Below the pieces are notes generated by a model. It ran no database searches, was not told the DNA's origin, and saw only the letters and a list, made by a program, of their open reading frames with translations. A stretch of DNA of 63,985 bases, the filler included, from an uncultured bacterium (GTDB lineage Bacteria > CAYJOG01): NCBI GenBank assembly GCA_964371695.1. It is 4 parts of 4 records of this genome, joined end to end, with 100 filler letters (N's around TTAATTAATTAA, not from the genome) between each part and the next. Parts side by side here need not be neighbours in the genome. Positions count along the whole stretch, not along the records: positions 1 to 17,830 come from CAYJOG010000010.1; positions 17,931 to 35,546 come from CAYJOG010000011.1; 2 more parts are not named here. The stretch is one strand, 5' to 3'. The translations under genes and the position numbers were made by a program. Of this stretch, positions 9,704 through 19,030 are shown piece after piece (the stretch's first letter is position 1; every line of letters begins with the position of its first letter).

Positions 9704-11296
9704 GGCAAAGGCTCATTATGGTCATTCGCCTGGGGCAGTGTGAGGGTGAAAGTGGTGCCCTGGCCTACAGACGATTTGACCGTCAGGGTTCCGCCGGCGT
9801 CGTTCACCAGCCGCTGGCATACCGATAACCCCAGGCCCGTGCCTTCGCCGGGGGCTTTGGTGGTGAAAAACGGGTCAAACAGGCGGGGCAGGTTTTCGGG
9901 GGCGATGCCCTGGCCTTTGTCGCTGACCTCCAGCACCACCCGGTTTTCGTGGGCGTGGGCGCTCAGGCGCACCTCCTGGCCGGGGGCGCTGGCCTGAAGG
10001 GCGTTCACGCACAGGTTCAGCAGCACCTGCACCAGTTGGGTGCGGGGCATGGTCACGCTCAGGCCGGGGGGTGCGTCGATCTCCAGGGTGCGGGTTTGGT
10101 GGCAGCCGTGCATGCGAGCCATGGCCAGGGTGTCGCTCATGGCGTCGTCCACACGGCAAAAAGAATCTTCAAGGCCGGTGGGGGGGCGGGCGATGCCCAG
10201 CAGGCTGCGGACAATCTGGTGAATGTGGTCTGCCTCTTTGATGATTTCGCCATAAATGCCGCTTTCCCGGCCTTCTGGCGGGGCTTTGCGCTGAAGCATC
10301 TGGGCATAACCCCGAATGGCGGTGAGCGGGTTGTTCACCTCGTGGGCAATGCCGCTCGCCAGCTCTCCCACGGCGGCCAAGCGGCCCTTTTCGGCCAATA
10401 TCGCGGCGCGATCTGACAACACCCGGCCCGTGAGTTGCAGCAGGTAATAAAACAGCGCCCCCAGCAGCAGCAACAGCAGCAGCCCCAGCCCCAGGCTCTG
10501 CCACAATAGCTTGGTGAGGACCGCCTGCTCGGTGGCGGTGTGGTGCAGCATCACCACCCACAGGGGGCGGCGACCCGCCACGGGAATGGCAAAGGCCCGC
10601 GCCCGCAGGCTTTGGCCGTGGAACTCCCTGTCCATGTCTGGCGCACCCAGCCAGGGCCGCAGGGTGCCAATCCACCGGTGTGTCAGGGGCAGCGTGGCGT
10701 GCAGCACCTGCCCCTGATAAACCAGGGCAAATTCATCGCCTGTCTGGCTGGCCAGGTTGTTCAGAAAACGATCTTCCAGCACGGTGGCCCAGCGGGCCGC
10801 CCCCGTCACGGTCTGGCCGTTGTGCAGCAATCGATAACTCACCACGCACACCCGTGCTCCGGCACACCATTCAAACCCGCTGCTTTTGCCGGTGGTCATG
10901 GCCTTGCGCCACAGGGCCGAAAAAACGGCGTCGCCGCCGGGCAGGGTGGCGGGGTGCAGCAGGGGGCCGCTCAAGCGCTTACCGCTGATGGCGAAAATTT
11001 CCTGAATGGGGTCCGTGGGAGAAGACAGTAAAGGGGAAGATGGGGCAGGTGCGCCCGATGTGTTTTGCCGGGCGGCCTCCTGGGCTTTTTGAGAGAGGCT
11101 TTCGCGGGCGGTTTTCAGACTGGCCAGCGTGCTGGCGGCTGTACGCTCAAAACGCTCCTGCCACTGGGCGGCCACCTGACGCCGCACCACCGCCAGGCCA
11201 AACCCCGTCACCAGCGCCAGCACCGCAGCCATGGCCAGCAGAAACGCCGCCGTAAAACGCATTTGAAGAAGACNNNNNNNNNNGACGGTCGCTCAT
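9700..11296 (-). CDS. Membrane sensor histidine kinase (true start probably ATG at 11296, across the 10-N gap)
   Basis: Two TM segments, 'AHEVNNPL', 'QVLLNLCVNA', 'FDPFFTTK', 'GTGLGL'; collapsing the duplicated GAC at the gap gives in-frame MSDRLLQMRF. Confidence 0.88.
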
Positions 11297-11814
11297 GGTG
11301 GTGCTTTGCGGTTTGCGCCCATCAGGCCGGCGTCCACCAGATATTCATAGGCGGTTTCCAGTGCCAGTCTGTCGGGCGCAGAAAGAGGGGTGGTTTTCAG
11401 GATTGTGATCACTTGGCGGCAGGTTGTTTTGCCTGGGGGGCAACCGGTGTTGGCATCCATCACCAAGGGCAGGTTTTTGTCGTCAGAAATGATGAAAGTC
11501 TCCACCAGATGCAGGTGGCGGGGGGCATCTGTGCCAACGATTTGAAAGGGGGTGCCCAAGAGCGATTCCAGCAAATCCATCTGGGGCAGCCCCCCAAAAG
11601 GCAAAACCTTGTTGGCCACAACTTTCAGGCCCTTGGGGTTTTCCCACACCAACTTGCTGGGGGCAATGGCCATGAGTTTTTTGCGGGCTTCACCGAACGG
11701 GTCAGCCCCCCCTCTGGGGGTATGGGCTTGGGCGGAGAATGGCCACCACAGACTCAGCGCCAGCAGACCTATAGAGGCAGTCCGCTGCGACAAAACCATG
11801 GCACCCCTGCGCAT
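11293..11814 (-). CDS. Hypothetical exported protein (start 11814 or 11799)
   Basis: 3' part of a long ORF; signal peptide ending AQA; its stop overlaps the inferred kinase ATG (ATGA). Confidence 0.55.
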   Translation of the reverse strand: MRRGAMVLSQRTASIGLLALSLWWPFSAQAHTPRGGADPFGEARKKLMAIAPSKLVWENPKGLKVVANKVLPFGGLPQMDLLESLLGTPFQIVGTDAPRHLHLVETFIISDDKNLPLVMDANTGCPPGKTTCRQVITILKTTPLSAPDRLALETAYEYLVDAGLMGANRKAPP

Positions 11815-11874
11815 CTGTTCATGGTATCGGTTTGTTCGCTGCGAAAAAAATCCTGCCCCGATTAAACTTCGCCC

Positions 11875-12981
11875 ATGTCCGTTGCGTCTTCCTCCAAAAA
11901 ACCGTCCCTCAAGCGCATGGGTGTGCTCACCAGCGGCGGCGACTGCCCCGGCCTGAACGCCGTGCTGCGGGCCGTGACCAAATCGGCCCTGCTGGATCAC
12001 GGTATTCGGGTGTTCGGATTTCACGATGGCTTCAAGGGTTTCATGGAGGGTGAGGCGGAGGAACTGAACTGGAACAGCGTGAGCGGGATTCTCACGGCGG
12101 GGGGCACCATTCTGGGGGCCACCAACCGCGACAATCCTTTTCGCATGGCCGATGGCAAGGGCGGTTTTAAAGACCGTTCCGCCGACGTGGTGAAGCACTA
12201 CAAAAAGCTGGGGCTGGATGGCTGCGTGGTGGTGGGCGGCGACGGCACCATGAAGCTGGCGCAGGCTTTTGCCGAGCGGGGCCTGCGCATTGTGGGCGTG
12301 CCCAAAACCATTGACAACGACCTGTGGGGCACCGACCACAGCGTGGGCTTTGACACGGCGGTGGAGTTTGCCGCCCAATGTCTGGACCGCCTGCACAACA
12401 CGGCCCAGAGTCATCACCGCATCATGGTGGCCGAGGTGATGGGCCGCGACAGCGGCTGGATTGGCCTTTACAGCGGCGTGGCGGCGGGGGCCGATGTGAT
12501 CCTGCTGCCGGAGATTCCTTTTGACCTGGAAAAAGCCGCCGGGTTCATCACCCGCCGCCAGGGTGAGGGCAAGTGCTTCAGCATTGTGGTGGTGGCCGAG
12601 GGGGCGCGGGAAAAGGGCAAAGGCGTGGTGGCCAAACTGCTGGCCGACGACCCCACCCACCCGGAGCGTCTGGGGGGCGTCGGCGAGGTGGTGGCGCGGG
12701 GCCTGCAACGCCTTACGGGACTGGAAGCCCGCGTGACGGTGCTGGGTCACCTGCTGCGGGGCGGCAGCCCCACGGCGCGAGACAGGCTGCTGGCCACGTC
12801 TTTTGGCCACACAGCGGTGAACCTGCTGTGGCGGGGCGTGGCCGGGCGCTGCGTGGTGGAGCAGGGGGGGATCATCACCCATGTCTCACTCAAGGAAGCC
12901 ACCAGCCGCCGCAAGGATGTGCCCAAAAAACACCCGCTGATACTGGCCGCCCGATCGGCCATGACGAGTTTTGGGGATTGA
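11875..12981 (+). CDS. pfkA: 6-phosphofructokinase
   Basis: 'TSGGDCPGLNA', 'GGDGT', 'PKTIDND', 'EVMGR', 'LGHLLRGG'. Confidence 0.92.
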   Translation: MSVASSSKKPSLKRMGVLTSGGDCPGLNAVLRAVTKSALLDHGIRVFGFHDGFKGFMEGEAEELNWNSVSGILTAGGTILGATNRDNPFRMADGKGGFKDRSADVVKHYKKLGLDGCVVVGGDGTMKLAQAFAERGLRIVGVPKTIDNDLWGTDHSVGFDTAVEFAAQCLDRLHNTAQSHHRIMVAEVMGRDSGWIGLYSGVAAGADVILLPEIPFDLEKAAGFITRRQGEGKCFSIVVVAEGAREKGKGVVAKLLADDPTHPERLGGVGEVVARGLQRLTGLEARVTVLGHLLRGGSPTARDRLLATSFGHTAVNLLWRGVAGRCVVEQGGIITHVSLKEATSRRKDVPKKHPLILAARSAMTSFGD

Positions 12982-13010
12982 TGTTTTTGTCGGTTTGGCT
13001 TTTTCTTTGA

Positions 13011-13035
13011 GGCGGGGGAGGACGCCCACCCCACC
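13011..13035. repeat. REP-like palindrome (GTGG/GTAG family)
   Basis: GGCGGGGGAGGACGCCCACCCCACC, a variant of the copies at 26161 and 33208. Confidence 0.6.
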
Positions 13036-13087
13036 GAGTTTTTGCGATTGATTTTCCTCTCCGGGGATTGGCTTTAAACTGGCCCCC

Positions 13088-13330
13088 ATGAACCGCAAAT
13101 CCCTCAGAGTCCTCTTCGCCGCCGGTTTGCTGGCGACCTTGCCCGTGGGGGCCGCCATGGCCTGCAACGGCGCAAGGGGCTGTCATGGTGCCAAAACATG
13201 CACCGGCGCCAAGGCCAAGAATGGCGGCAAACATTCCTCCAACGCCAAATCCGGCAAGCATTACAGCAAGGCCAAGGGCAAAAAAATCGGCCCCGACGCC
13301 ATTGCGCTCAAGGAAAAAAAGGCGAAATAG
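13088..13330 (+). CDS. Small secreted Cys-repeat, Lys-rich peptide
   Basis: Signal peptide ending AMA, three C-x-G-A-[RK]-x repeats, host-like codon usage. Confidence 0.65.
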   Translation: MNRKSLRVLFAAGLLATLPVGAAMACNGARGCHGAKTCTGAKAKNGGKHSSNAKSGKHYSKAKGKKIGPDAIALKEKKAK

Positions 13331-13355
13331 CGGATAATTGCACTAACCCGGTTTG

Positions 13356-14867
13356 TTATGGGTTTTGACTTGTTGCCTTAACCGGCCTGTACAACACCAG
13401 CTTGGCGCGGGGTGAGAAGTAGTTGTCCTCGGCAAAGGTGGTCAGTTCCACGGGTGTGAAGCGCCGGGTCATGGCGGCGTGCAGCCAGCCGCGCCGGTCG
13501 GTGTAGGGGCCGTAGCCCTGGGCGTAGAACAGCCACACCCTTTTCCCTTTCGGAAAACTGGCGGCCAGGCGGCGGGCTTTGGCGGGGGTCAGGTTTTCGC
13601 CATAAGCGTCTTTCATGTAGTCGTGGTCTTTGGGCAGGCCGCGCACGGTGAGCGCCGGAGCGTAATAGGTCACCACATTGGCAAAACTGGCGGGGATGAC
13701 ATACACGGCCTCGCCTTTTTTGATGCGTTTGGCCAGCAGGGCCACGGCGGTGCGGTTGTTGCGGGGGCGGTGAATGGCCCCATGCAGCGTGAACACCCCA
13801 AGGCCCCACACCACCACCATCAGGGCGCAGGCCACACGCGCCGCTGGCCAGGGTTGGGGCAATGTGCTTGCAAGCCAGACCGCAACGGGGGGGGCAAGAA
13901 AGACAAGATATTTCGGTGTGAGCGGCAGGCCTCGCAGCACAAAGGCGGCCACGGCCAGGGTCAGGCTTCCCATGCTGATGATCGCTGCGGTGCGGCCAAA
14001 GCCACGGGGCGTGCGGGTCGCCGCCACCGCCACGGCCACCAGAGAAACCGCCAGAATCCACTTGCCCACCGAGGCGGGTGAGGAATTCTCAAACCAGTTG
14101 AGGTGATAGCCCCCCCACCAGGCGAAGGTGGTTTCTGTCAGCCGGTGAAACAACAACGAGGCGGAAAGCCCGCCCTTGGGCGGCAGATAGGTGGGGGCCT
14201 GGCCCAATATCACCACCACCATGGGCAGCATGAGCAACCCGCTTATTCCCGCCTGCAGCAACCGGCGATGCAGTGGCCCGATGCCCTGCCAAACCAGACA
14301 CAGCAAAACGGGGGCCATGTACAGATACCAATAGGCAAATGTGAAGGCGCCCAGCATGGCGGTGAGGGGAAAAAGCACCATGGCGACGAGGCAGGTTTTT
14401 TGCCGCTCCGGGTCTGTGAGTCTTTGAAGTGACCAAAGGTTGAGCCAGCCCAGCAGCAGCAGGGTGTTTTCAAACCGCGGGCTGATGGCTACTTGCAGCA
14501 ACATGGGCGAAAAGGCTGTGAAGCCTGCTGCCCACAGGGCGGCGGCGCGCCCCCTGGCTTGCCACAAGGTGTGCCACGCCACAATCACCGCGAGCGCCGC
14601 TTCCAGAGCAGGCAGGGTCATCATCCACCGTTCACCATCACCGGGCAGCGCCCACAGCTTGAGCAGAATCATGTTCAGCGGCGCGTGGCCAGACTTCACC
14701 ATGGCGCGCATCGCATCGGCCCAGCCCATACGGGCCATTACAAATTCATAGGTGGACTCCATGCCATAAAACCCGCGCCAAGAAAGGCTCAAGCGCACCA
14801 CAAGGGCCAGCAGCGCGAGACAGGAGATAAGCCGGATGTCCCGTTTCGAGGGATCAGATGGCGGCAC
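13356..14867 (-). CDS. GT-C fold (PMT/GT39-like) membrane glycosyltransferase
   Basis: Many TM helices, 'E.....H.PL', 'FSP......R' pattern; adjacent to a GT2 gene. Confidence 0.65.
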   Translation of the reverse strand: MPPSDPSKRDIRLISCLALLALVVRLSLSWRGFYGMESTYEFVMARMGWADAMRAMVKSGHAPLNMILLKLWALPGDGERWMMTLPALEAALAVIVAWHTLWQARGRAAALWAAGFTAFSPMLLQVAISPRFENTLLLLGWLNLWSLQRLTDPERQKTCLVAMVLFPLTAMLGAFTFAYWYLYMAPVLLCLVWQGIGPLHRRLLQAGISGLLMLPMVVVILGQAPTYLPPKGGLSASLLFHRLTETTFAWWGGYHLNWFENSSPASVGKWILAVSLVAVAVAATRTPRGFGRTAAIISMGSLTLAVAAFVLRGLPLTPKYLVFLAPPVAVWLASTLPQPWPAARVACALMVVVWGLGVFTLHGAIHRPRNNRTAVALLAKRIKKGEAVYVIPASFANVVTYYAPALTVRGLPKDHDYMKDAYGENLTPAKARRLAASFPKGKRVWLFYAQGYGPYTDRRGWLHAAMTRRFTPVELTTFAEDNYFSPRAKLVLYRPVKATSQNP

Positions 14868-14870
14868 CCC

Positions 14871-15659
14871 TCAGGTTTTCCTCAGGGCAAGTGCGCCTGC
14901 TTTGTATTGATTCAGGTGCCTCCTCATGGCAAATCCCAGCTTCACGTATCCCAGAATCGTGCGCATGAAGCGAATCTTGCTGGCCCCTTCTTTGAGGCCA
15001 TAGTCAAACTTGATGGGCACTTCATCTATCTCAGCGCCCACCACGGCGCATTTCACCAGAAGCTCCACCATGCAACTGAACCCCATGCTGGTGAGCAGGT
15101 TTTCTCCAAAAAAATCGGCGGCCTTGCGCAGCAGTCCCAGACGGTAACCTCGGTAGCCACAGCTGTAATCCCGCACGTTTTCCACGGGCAGCAAAAAATG
15201 CATCAGCAGATAAGCTCCTTTGCTGAGCAACTGGCGGTGCCACGGAACATTGGCCGAAACAGCACCCTGCTGATAACGGCTGGCGATGACCAGGGTTTTG
15301 CCCTGTTCCAGCCTGGGCAGAAGGTCGTGGATAGTGGCTGGGTCGTGGGTGTTGTCGGCGTCCATGGTGACAATGATGGTGTTGTCGGGCAGCGCACTTT
15401 TGGCCAAAAGTCCCACCCCGGTTTGCAGTGCAGCACCAAGGCCCCGGTTTACCTCGTGCTGGTGCAAGGTGACCTTGCCCGCAACAAACAGCGGATGACA
15501 ACGCACCTTTTCAGCGCTGCCATCGCTGGAGCCGTCGTCCACGATGGTGATGCTGTAGTCCACCTTCCCGCTCAGGGTCTGCTCAAGCCGACCCAGAAGA
15601 GGTGTGATGCAGCCCACCTCGTTGTACATCGGCAGAAATATGACAACTTTTGGCTGCAT
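14871..15659 (-). CDS. GT2 polyprenol-phosphate glycosyltransferase
   Basis: 'P.YNE', 'VDDGSSDGS', 'NRGLG.A', 'MDADNTHDP', 'RDYSCGYRGY'. Confidence 0.85.
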   Translation of the reverse strand: MQPKVVIFLPMYNEVGCITPLLGRLEQTLSGKVDYSITIVDDGSSDGSAEKVRCHPLFVAGKVTLHQHEVNRGLGAALQTGVGLLAKSALPDNTIIVTMDADNTHDPATIHDLLPRLEQGKTLVIASRYQQGAVSANVPWHRQLLSKGAYLLMHFLLPVENVRDYSCGYRGYRLGLLRKAADFFGENLLTSMGFSCMVELLVKCAVVGAEIDEVPIKFDYGLKEGASKIRFMRTILGYVKLGFAMRRHLNQYKAGALALRKT

Positions 15660-15817
15660 CGGATGAAATATAGTTCGGCCATTTATACCCATCAAGTTTA
15701 GACGGCAGATGAAAAACGGCCTGAAAACGCCCCCACTGGTCAAAGCAGCCCCCGGACACTAAACTCCGCACCTGCGGCGCTCCGGCAAAGGCGCGCCTTT
15801 TTTTCATGGGATAAAAA

Positions 15818-17636
15818 ATGGTCATCACCTTCATTCGCAAACACCTCACCTGGCTCATCTACCTCATGATCATTGTCTTTGGCATGAGCGTGTTTCTGAT
15901 GGGCCTTGGCCCCATCCTGAGCCAGCTTGGCATTGGCGGCAGCGGGGCGCTCAACCCGGCCCGCACCGCCGCCGAACTCATGGGTCGCAAGTTTTCCTTC
16001 CTGGAAATGGAAAACATGGCGCGCATGGACGAAGCCCGCGCCGAGCAGAGCGGCATGTCGGTCAACCCTGTCATGCACGTGGCCTATCTCAGCCGGGCCG
16101 TGGACATGCTGGGCGACCGGGCCCTGATGCTGAACGTGTATTCCGAAAACGGCCTGGATTATGACGAAGCAGAGCAAAACAAGATTCTGGACCAGATCTG
16201 CACCAGTGTGCTGGCTCAGGTGGGCAGCAAGGCGGGGCAGGGGTCTGGCCTGCTGGCGGCCACCAACAAACGCAAGGCCTGCAAGCAGGAGTTCTCGCGG
16301 GTGGCGGAGGGGTACTCCTTTGAGCAGTACAACCAGGACGTGGTGGACCAGCTCAAAATCAAGGCGGCGGTGGATTTCATCACGGACCAGGAAATGAACG
16401 GCGACGAAAAACGGGTCAAGCGCCGGTTAGATCGCATTTACGCCAAGCTCAAAGGCAAAGGCGAGCAGGCGTTCATGGAAGAAGCCAAAAAAGTGAGCGA
16501 AGACACCGGCTCGAAAACCAGCGGCGGTGACCTGGGCGAGTTTGGCCGGGGCCGCATGGTCAAACCCNNNNNNNNNNGTCAAACCCTTTGAAGAAGCGGC
16601 ATTCAAAACCAAAGTGGGGGTGATGACCGCGCCGGTGAAAAGCGACTTTGGTTATCACCTGATTTATGTCTATGGCAAAAAAGAAGCCAGGGGGCCAGAT
16701 TTCGAAAAAGAAGCCCCGGTTATTCGCCAGCGATTGCTGGACGAAAAAAAGGCCAAGGCGGCTGAAAACACCGCCGCCAACAGCGCCAGCAAAAAAGCGC
16801 CCAAAATCACGGTGTCTGAAAAAGAAGTGCGCGAAGCCTATGAAACCGCCAGCGCCCGGCACATCCTGTTCAAGGTCAAGTCCAAAGACGCGCTTTTTCA
16901 GGCGTGGCGCAACCGCGAAGTGAGCAAGGCGGTGCCGGTGCTGCGGGATCCGCTGCTCAACGCCTTTCGGTATGAACGCCGTCAGCCCCCCCACGGCAAG
17001 GGCGTGGCCGACCCCACCGAACGCATCCGGTTGTATGAAAAGGCTGTGGAGCAGGAACCCCGTGAGGCGGTGCGCCACTACCTGCTGTGCAAGTCCTATG
17101 AAGCCCGTTATGACGAAGCCAAAAACAAGGCTGAGCAGGACGCCGCCCAGAAAACTCAGGAACGCATGAAATCCCTGAGTGGTTCGGCTGGCCTGAGTGC
17201 TTCGGTGGAGCCGGTGAAGCCCGCCAAGGTGGCCACCGATGATCTGGATAAAGCGCTGGCCTGCATCAACAAGGCCATCACGCTCACCGAAACGCCGCCA
17301 GAGGTGGTGCAGGGGCAACCCGCCACGGCGCCCCAGGCGCAGGTGGGGCAGTATTACCTGTTGCGGGCGCAACTGGGGCAGAAACTGGGCAAACCTGCCA
17401 AAAAACTTAAAGCCGATGCCGAAAACGCCCTGGCTTTCGCCAATGGGGATGTTTCCACGCTTTATGAAACCAAGTCCCTTTTTGACAAAATAGGCGACAC
17501 CGAAAAATCAGCCCAGACACAGGAAACCATCACCAAAATGATGGAGGCCATGCAAAAAGCCGCTGCCGAGCAGGCCCCCGCCGCACCCAGCGCCCCCGAA
17601 GGAGAAAAAGCCCCCAGCGACCGGGGAAGTTACTGA
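15818..17636 (+). CDS. Membrane-anchored PpiC/parvulin peptidyl-prolyl isomerase (PrsA/PpiD-like), split in the ORF track by the false gap at 16568-16577
   Basis: 'SED.GSK..GGDLG.F.RG.MVKPFEEAAF......SDFGYHLI' is restored by collapsing the duplicated GTCAAACCC; N-terminal TM. Confidence 0.8.
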
Positions 17637-17730
17637 TCGGCTAGGAGTTTTCTGGCTGCTCTGGGTTTTGCGGGGAAGGGGGATCGGGTGTGCCGGAAGG
17701 GCTGGCGCGGCCTTATATAATGATGTTTCT

Positions 17731-17818
17731 GGAGAGGTGGCCGAGTGGTTGATGGCGGCGGTCTTGAAAACCGCTTAGGGTTTATAGCCCTACGTGGGTT
17801 CGAATCCCACCCTCTCCG
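17731..17818 (+). tRNA. tRNA-Ser (anticodon UGA)
   Basis: Acceptor GGAGAGG/CCTCTCC-G, anticodon arm GCGGT-CTTGAAA-ACCGC, long variable arm, GGTTCGAATCC T-arm; CCA not clearly encoded; TATAAT at 17716-17721. Confidence 0.95.
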
Positions 17819-17830
17819 CCCCACAACCTT

Positions 17831-17930
17831 NNNNNNNNNNNNNNNNNNNNNNNNNNNNNNNNNNNNNNNNNNNNTTAATTAATTAANNNNNNNNNNNNNN
17901 NNNNNNNNNNNNNNNNNNNNNNNNNNNNNN
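17831..17930. other. Artificial contig linker
   Basis: N44-TTAATTAATTAA-N44, stops in all six frames. Confidence 0.97.
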
Positions 17931-17981
17931 ATACAACAGCGATGAGGACATCGCTGCTACTCATTTCAAACCGGATGAACC
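17931..17981. repeat. REP-like palindrome at contig end
   Basis: CAGCGATGAGGACATCGCTGCTACTCATTT...ATGAACC; near-copy at 52634-52682. Confidence 0.7.
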
Positions 17982-17982
17982 A

Positions 17983-18801
17983 CTACGGCTGTGCCTGCAA
18001 CTTGCGGCGCAGGGCAAAAACCTTGTCCAGGCCGTCGGTCTGAATGCCGTCGCTGCCCAGTTCGGCCATGATTTTCTGGTAAAACCGGGGCTGGTCCTGC
18101 CACACCAGGGCGTTGGTGAACACCAGTACGCCCCGGGCGTGGGCGGCGTCTACGGCGGCCGCGTCCAGCTTGCCTGCGTCGCTGTTCAGCGCCCGCAGGT
18201 GCGGATAACGGGCCAGTTGGGACGCCACCTCTGCCGCCGTGCTGAAGTGGGGCATGAGGGGCGCTTCGGGCCACAACGCCGCCAGGGCGCGGGCGGTGTC
18301 CTCGCCGGTGGTGATCACCACGCAATCGCGGCCAAAGCCATATTTTTTCACCAGGGCCACCATGGCGGCGGTGGGGGGTTCCTTGGCGTCCCAATAAAAA
18401 CAGGTTTTGCCTTTCATCACCGCAAGGGCTTCCTCCAACGTGGCCACTTTTTCGCCCCGATAGGCGGGGTTGGTGGTGCGGATGCTGAGCGCCTTGATCT
18501 GGGCGAGCGTGCGCGCAGACACCGGCCCCGTGCCGCTGGTGGTGCGGTTGAGCGTGTCGTCGTGCATCAGCACGGGCACGCCGTCTTTGCTGGTGCGCAC
18601 GTCCAGCTCAATGTAGTCCGCGCCCATTTCAATGGCCTTGCGAATGCCCGCCAGGGTGTTTTCCGGCGCAAAGCGCATGGCGGTGCGGTGGGCAATGACC
18701 AGGATGTTTTTGTTGGGCCGGTGCGTGGGCAGAGATGCCGCACACAAAAGCCGGGGCGAAAAAACCGTCAGAAGCAGGAAACAGAAAATCATTCGACGCA
18801 T
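17983..18801 (-). CDS. Secreted glycerophosphodiester phosphodiesterase
   Basis: 'IAHR', 'PENTL', 'IELDVR.SKDG..V.MHD.TL.RTT', 'GIQTD'. Confidence 0.88.
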   Translation of the reverse strand: MRRMIFCFLLLTVFSPRLLCAASLPTHRPNKNILVIAHRTAMRFAPENTLAGIRKAIEMGADYIELDVRTSKDGVPVLMHDDTLNRTTSGTGPVSARTLAQIKALSIRTTNPAYRGEKVATLEEALAVMKGKTCFYWDAKEPPTAAMVALVKKYGFGRDCVVITTGEDTARALAALWPEAPLMPHFSTAAEVASQLARYPHLRALNSDAGKLDAAAVDAAHARGVLVFTNALVWQDQPRFYQKIMAELGSDGIQTDGLDKVFALRRKLQAQP

Positions 18802-18906
18802 GGGCTTATTTTATGGGCCTGTGTGAATGAAGTGTTGAGCGCCCGTGTTTGCCCTTGATGCAGGGCTGGACAAAAGAAACATTTGCATCTGGCCGATATG
18901 AATTCA

Positions 18907-19000
18907 TACCAATTCTTCTGATCCCTTCCTTGGTTCATCCCGGTTTCCTGACAGCCCGCCCTTCCGGCGGTTTCCTGCCATCGCTGGATTAGAATTGGTA
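18907..19000. mobile_element. Putative 94-bp MITE
   Basis: Perfect terminal inverted repeats TACCAATTCT/AGAATTGGTA flanked on both sides by TCA. Confidence 0.5.
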
Positions 19001-19030
19001 TCAGCACTTCGCCTTGCGGCGACCCCTGCC

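Noticed and set aside
15818-17636. Frameshifted PpiC pseudogene or programmed frameshift
   Set aside because: The frame change is explained by the 10-N gap with a 9-nt duplicated overlap.
17731-17830. tRNA-Ser as the integration site for the terminase region
   Set aside because: A contig linker follows the tRNA, so adjacency is unknown, and no duplicated tRNA 3' end was seen.
17875-17886. TTAATTAATTAA repeated three times in the window
   Set aside because: It is centred in identical N-padded 100-nt blocks, so it is an artificial contig linker.
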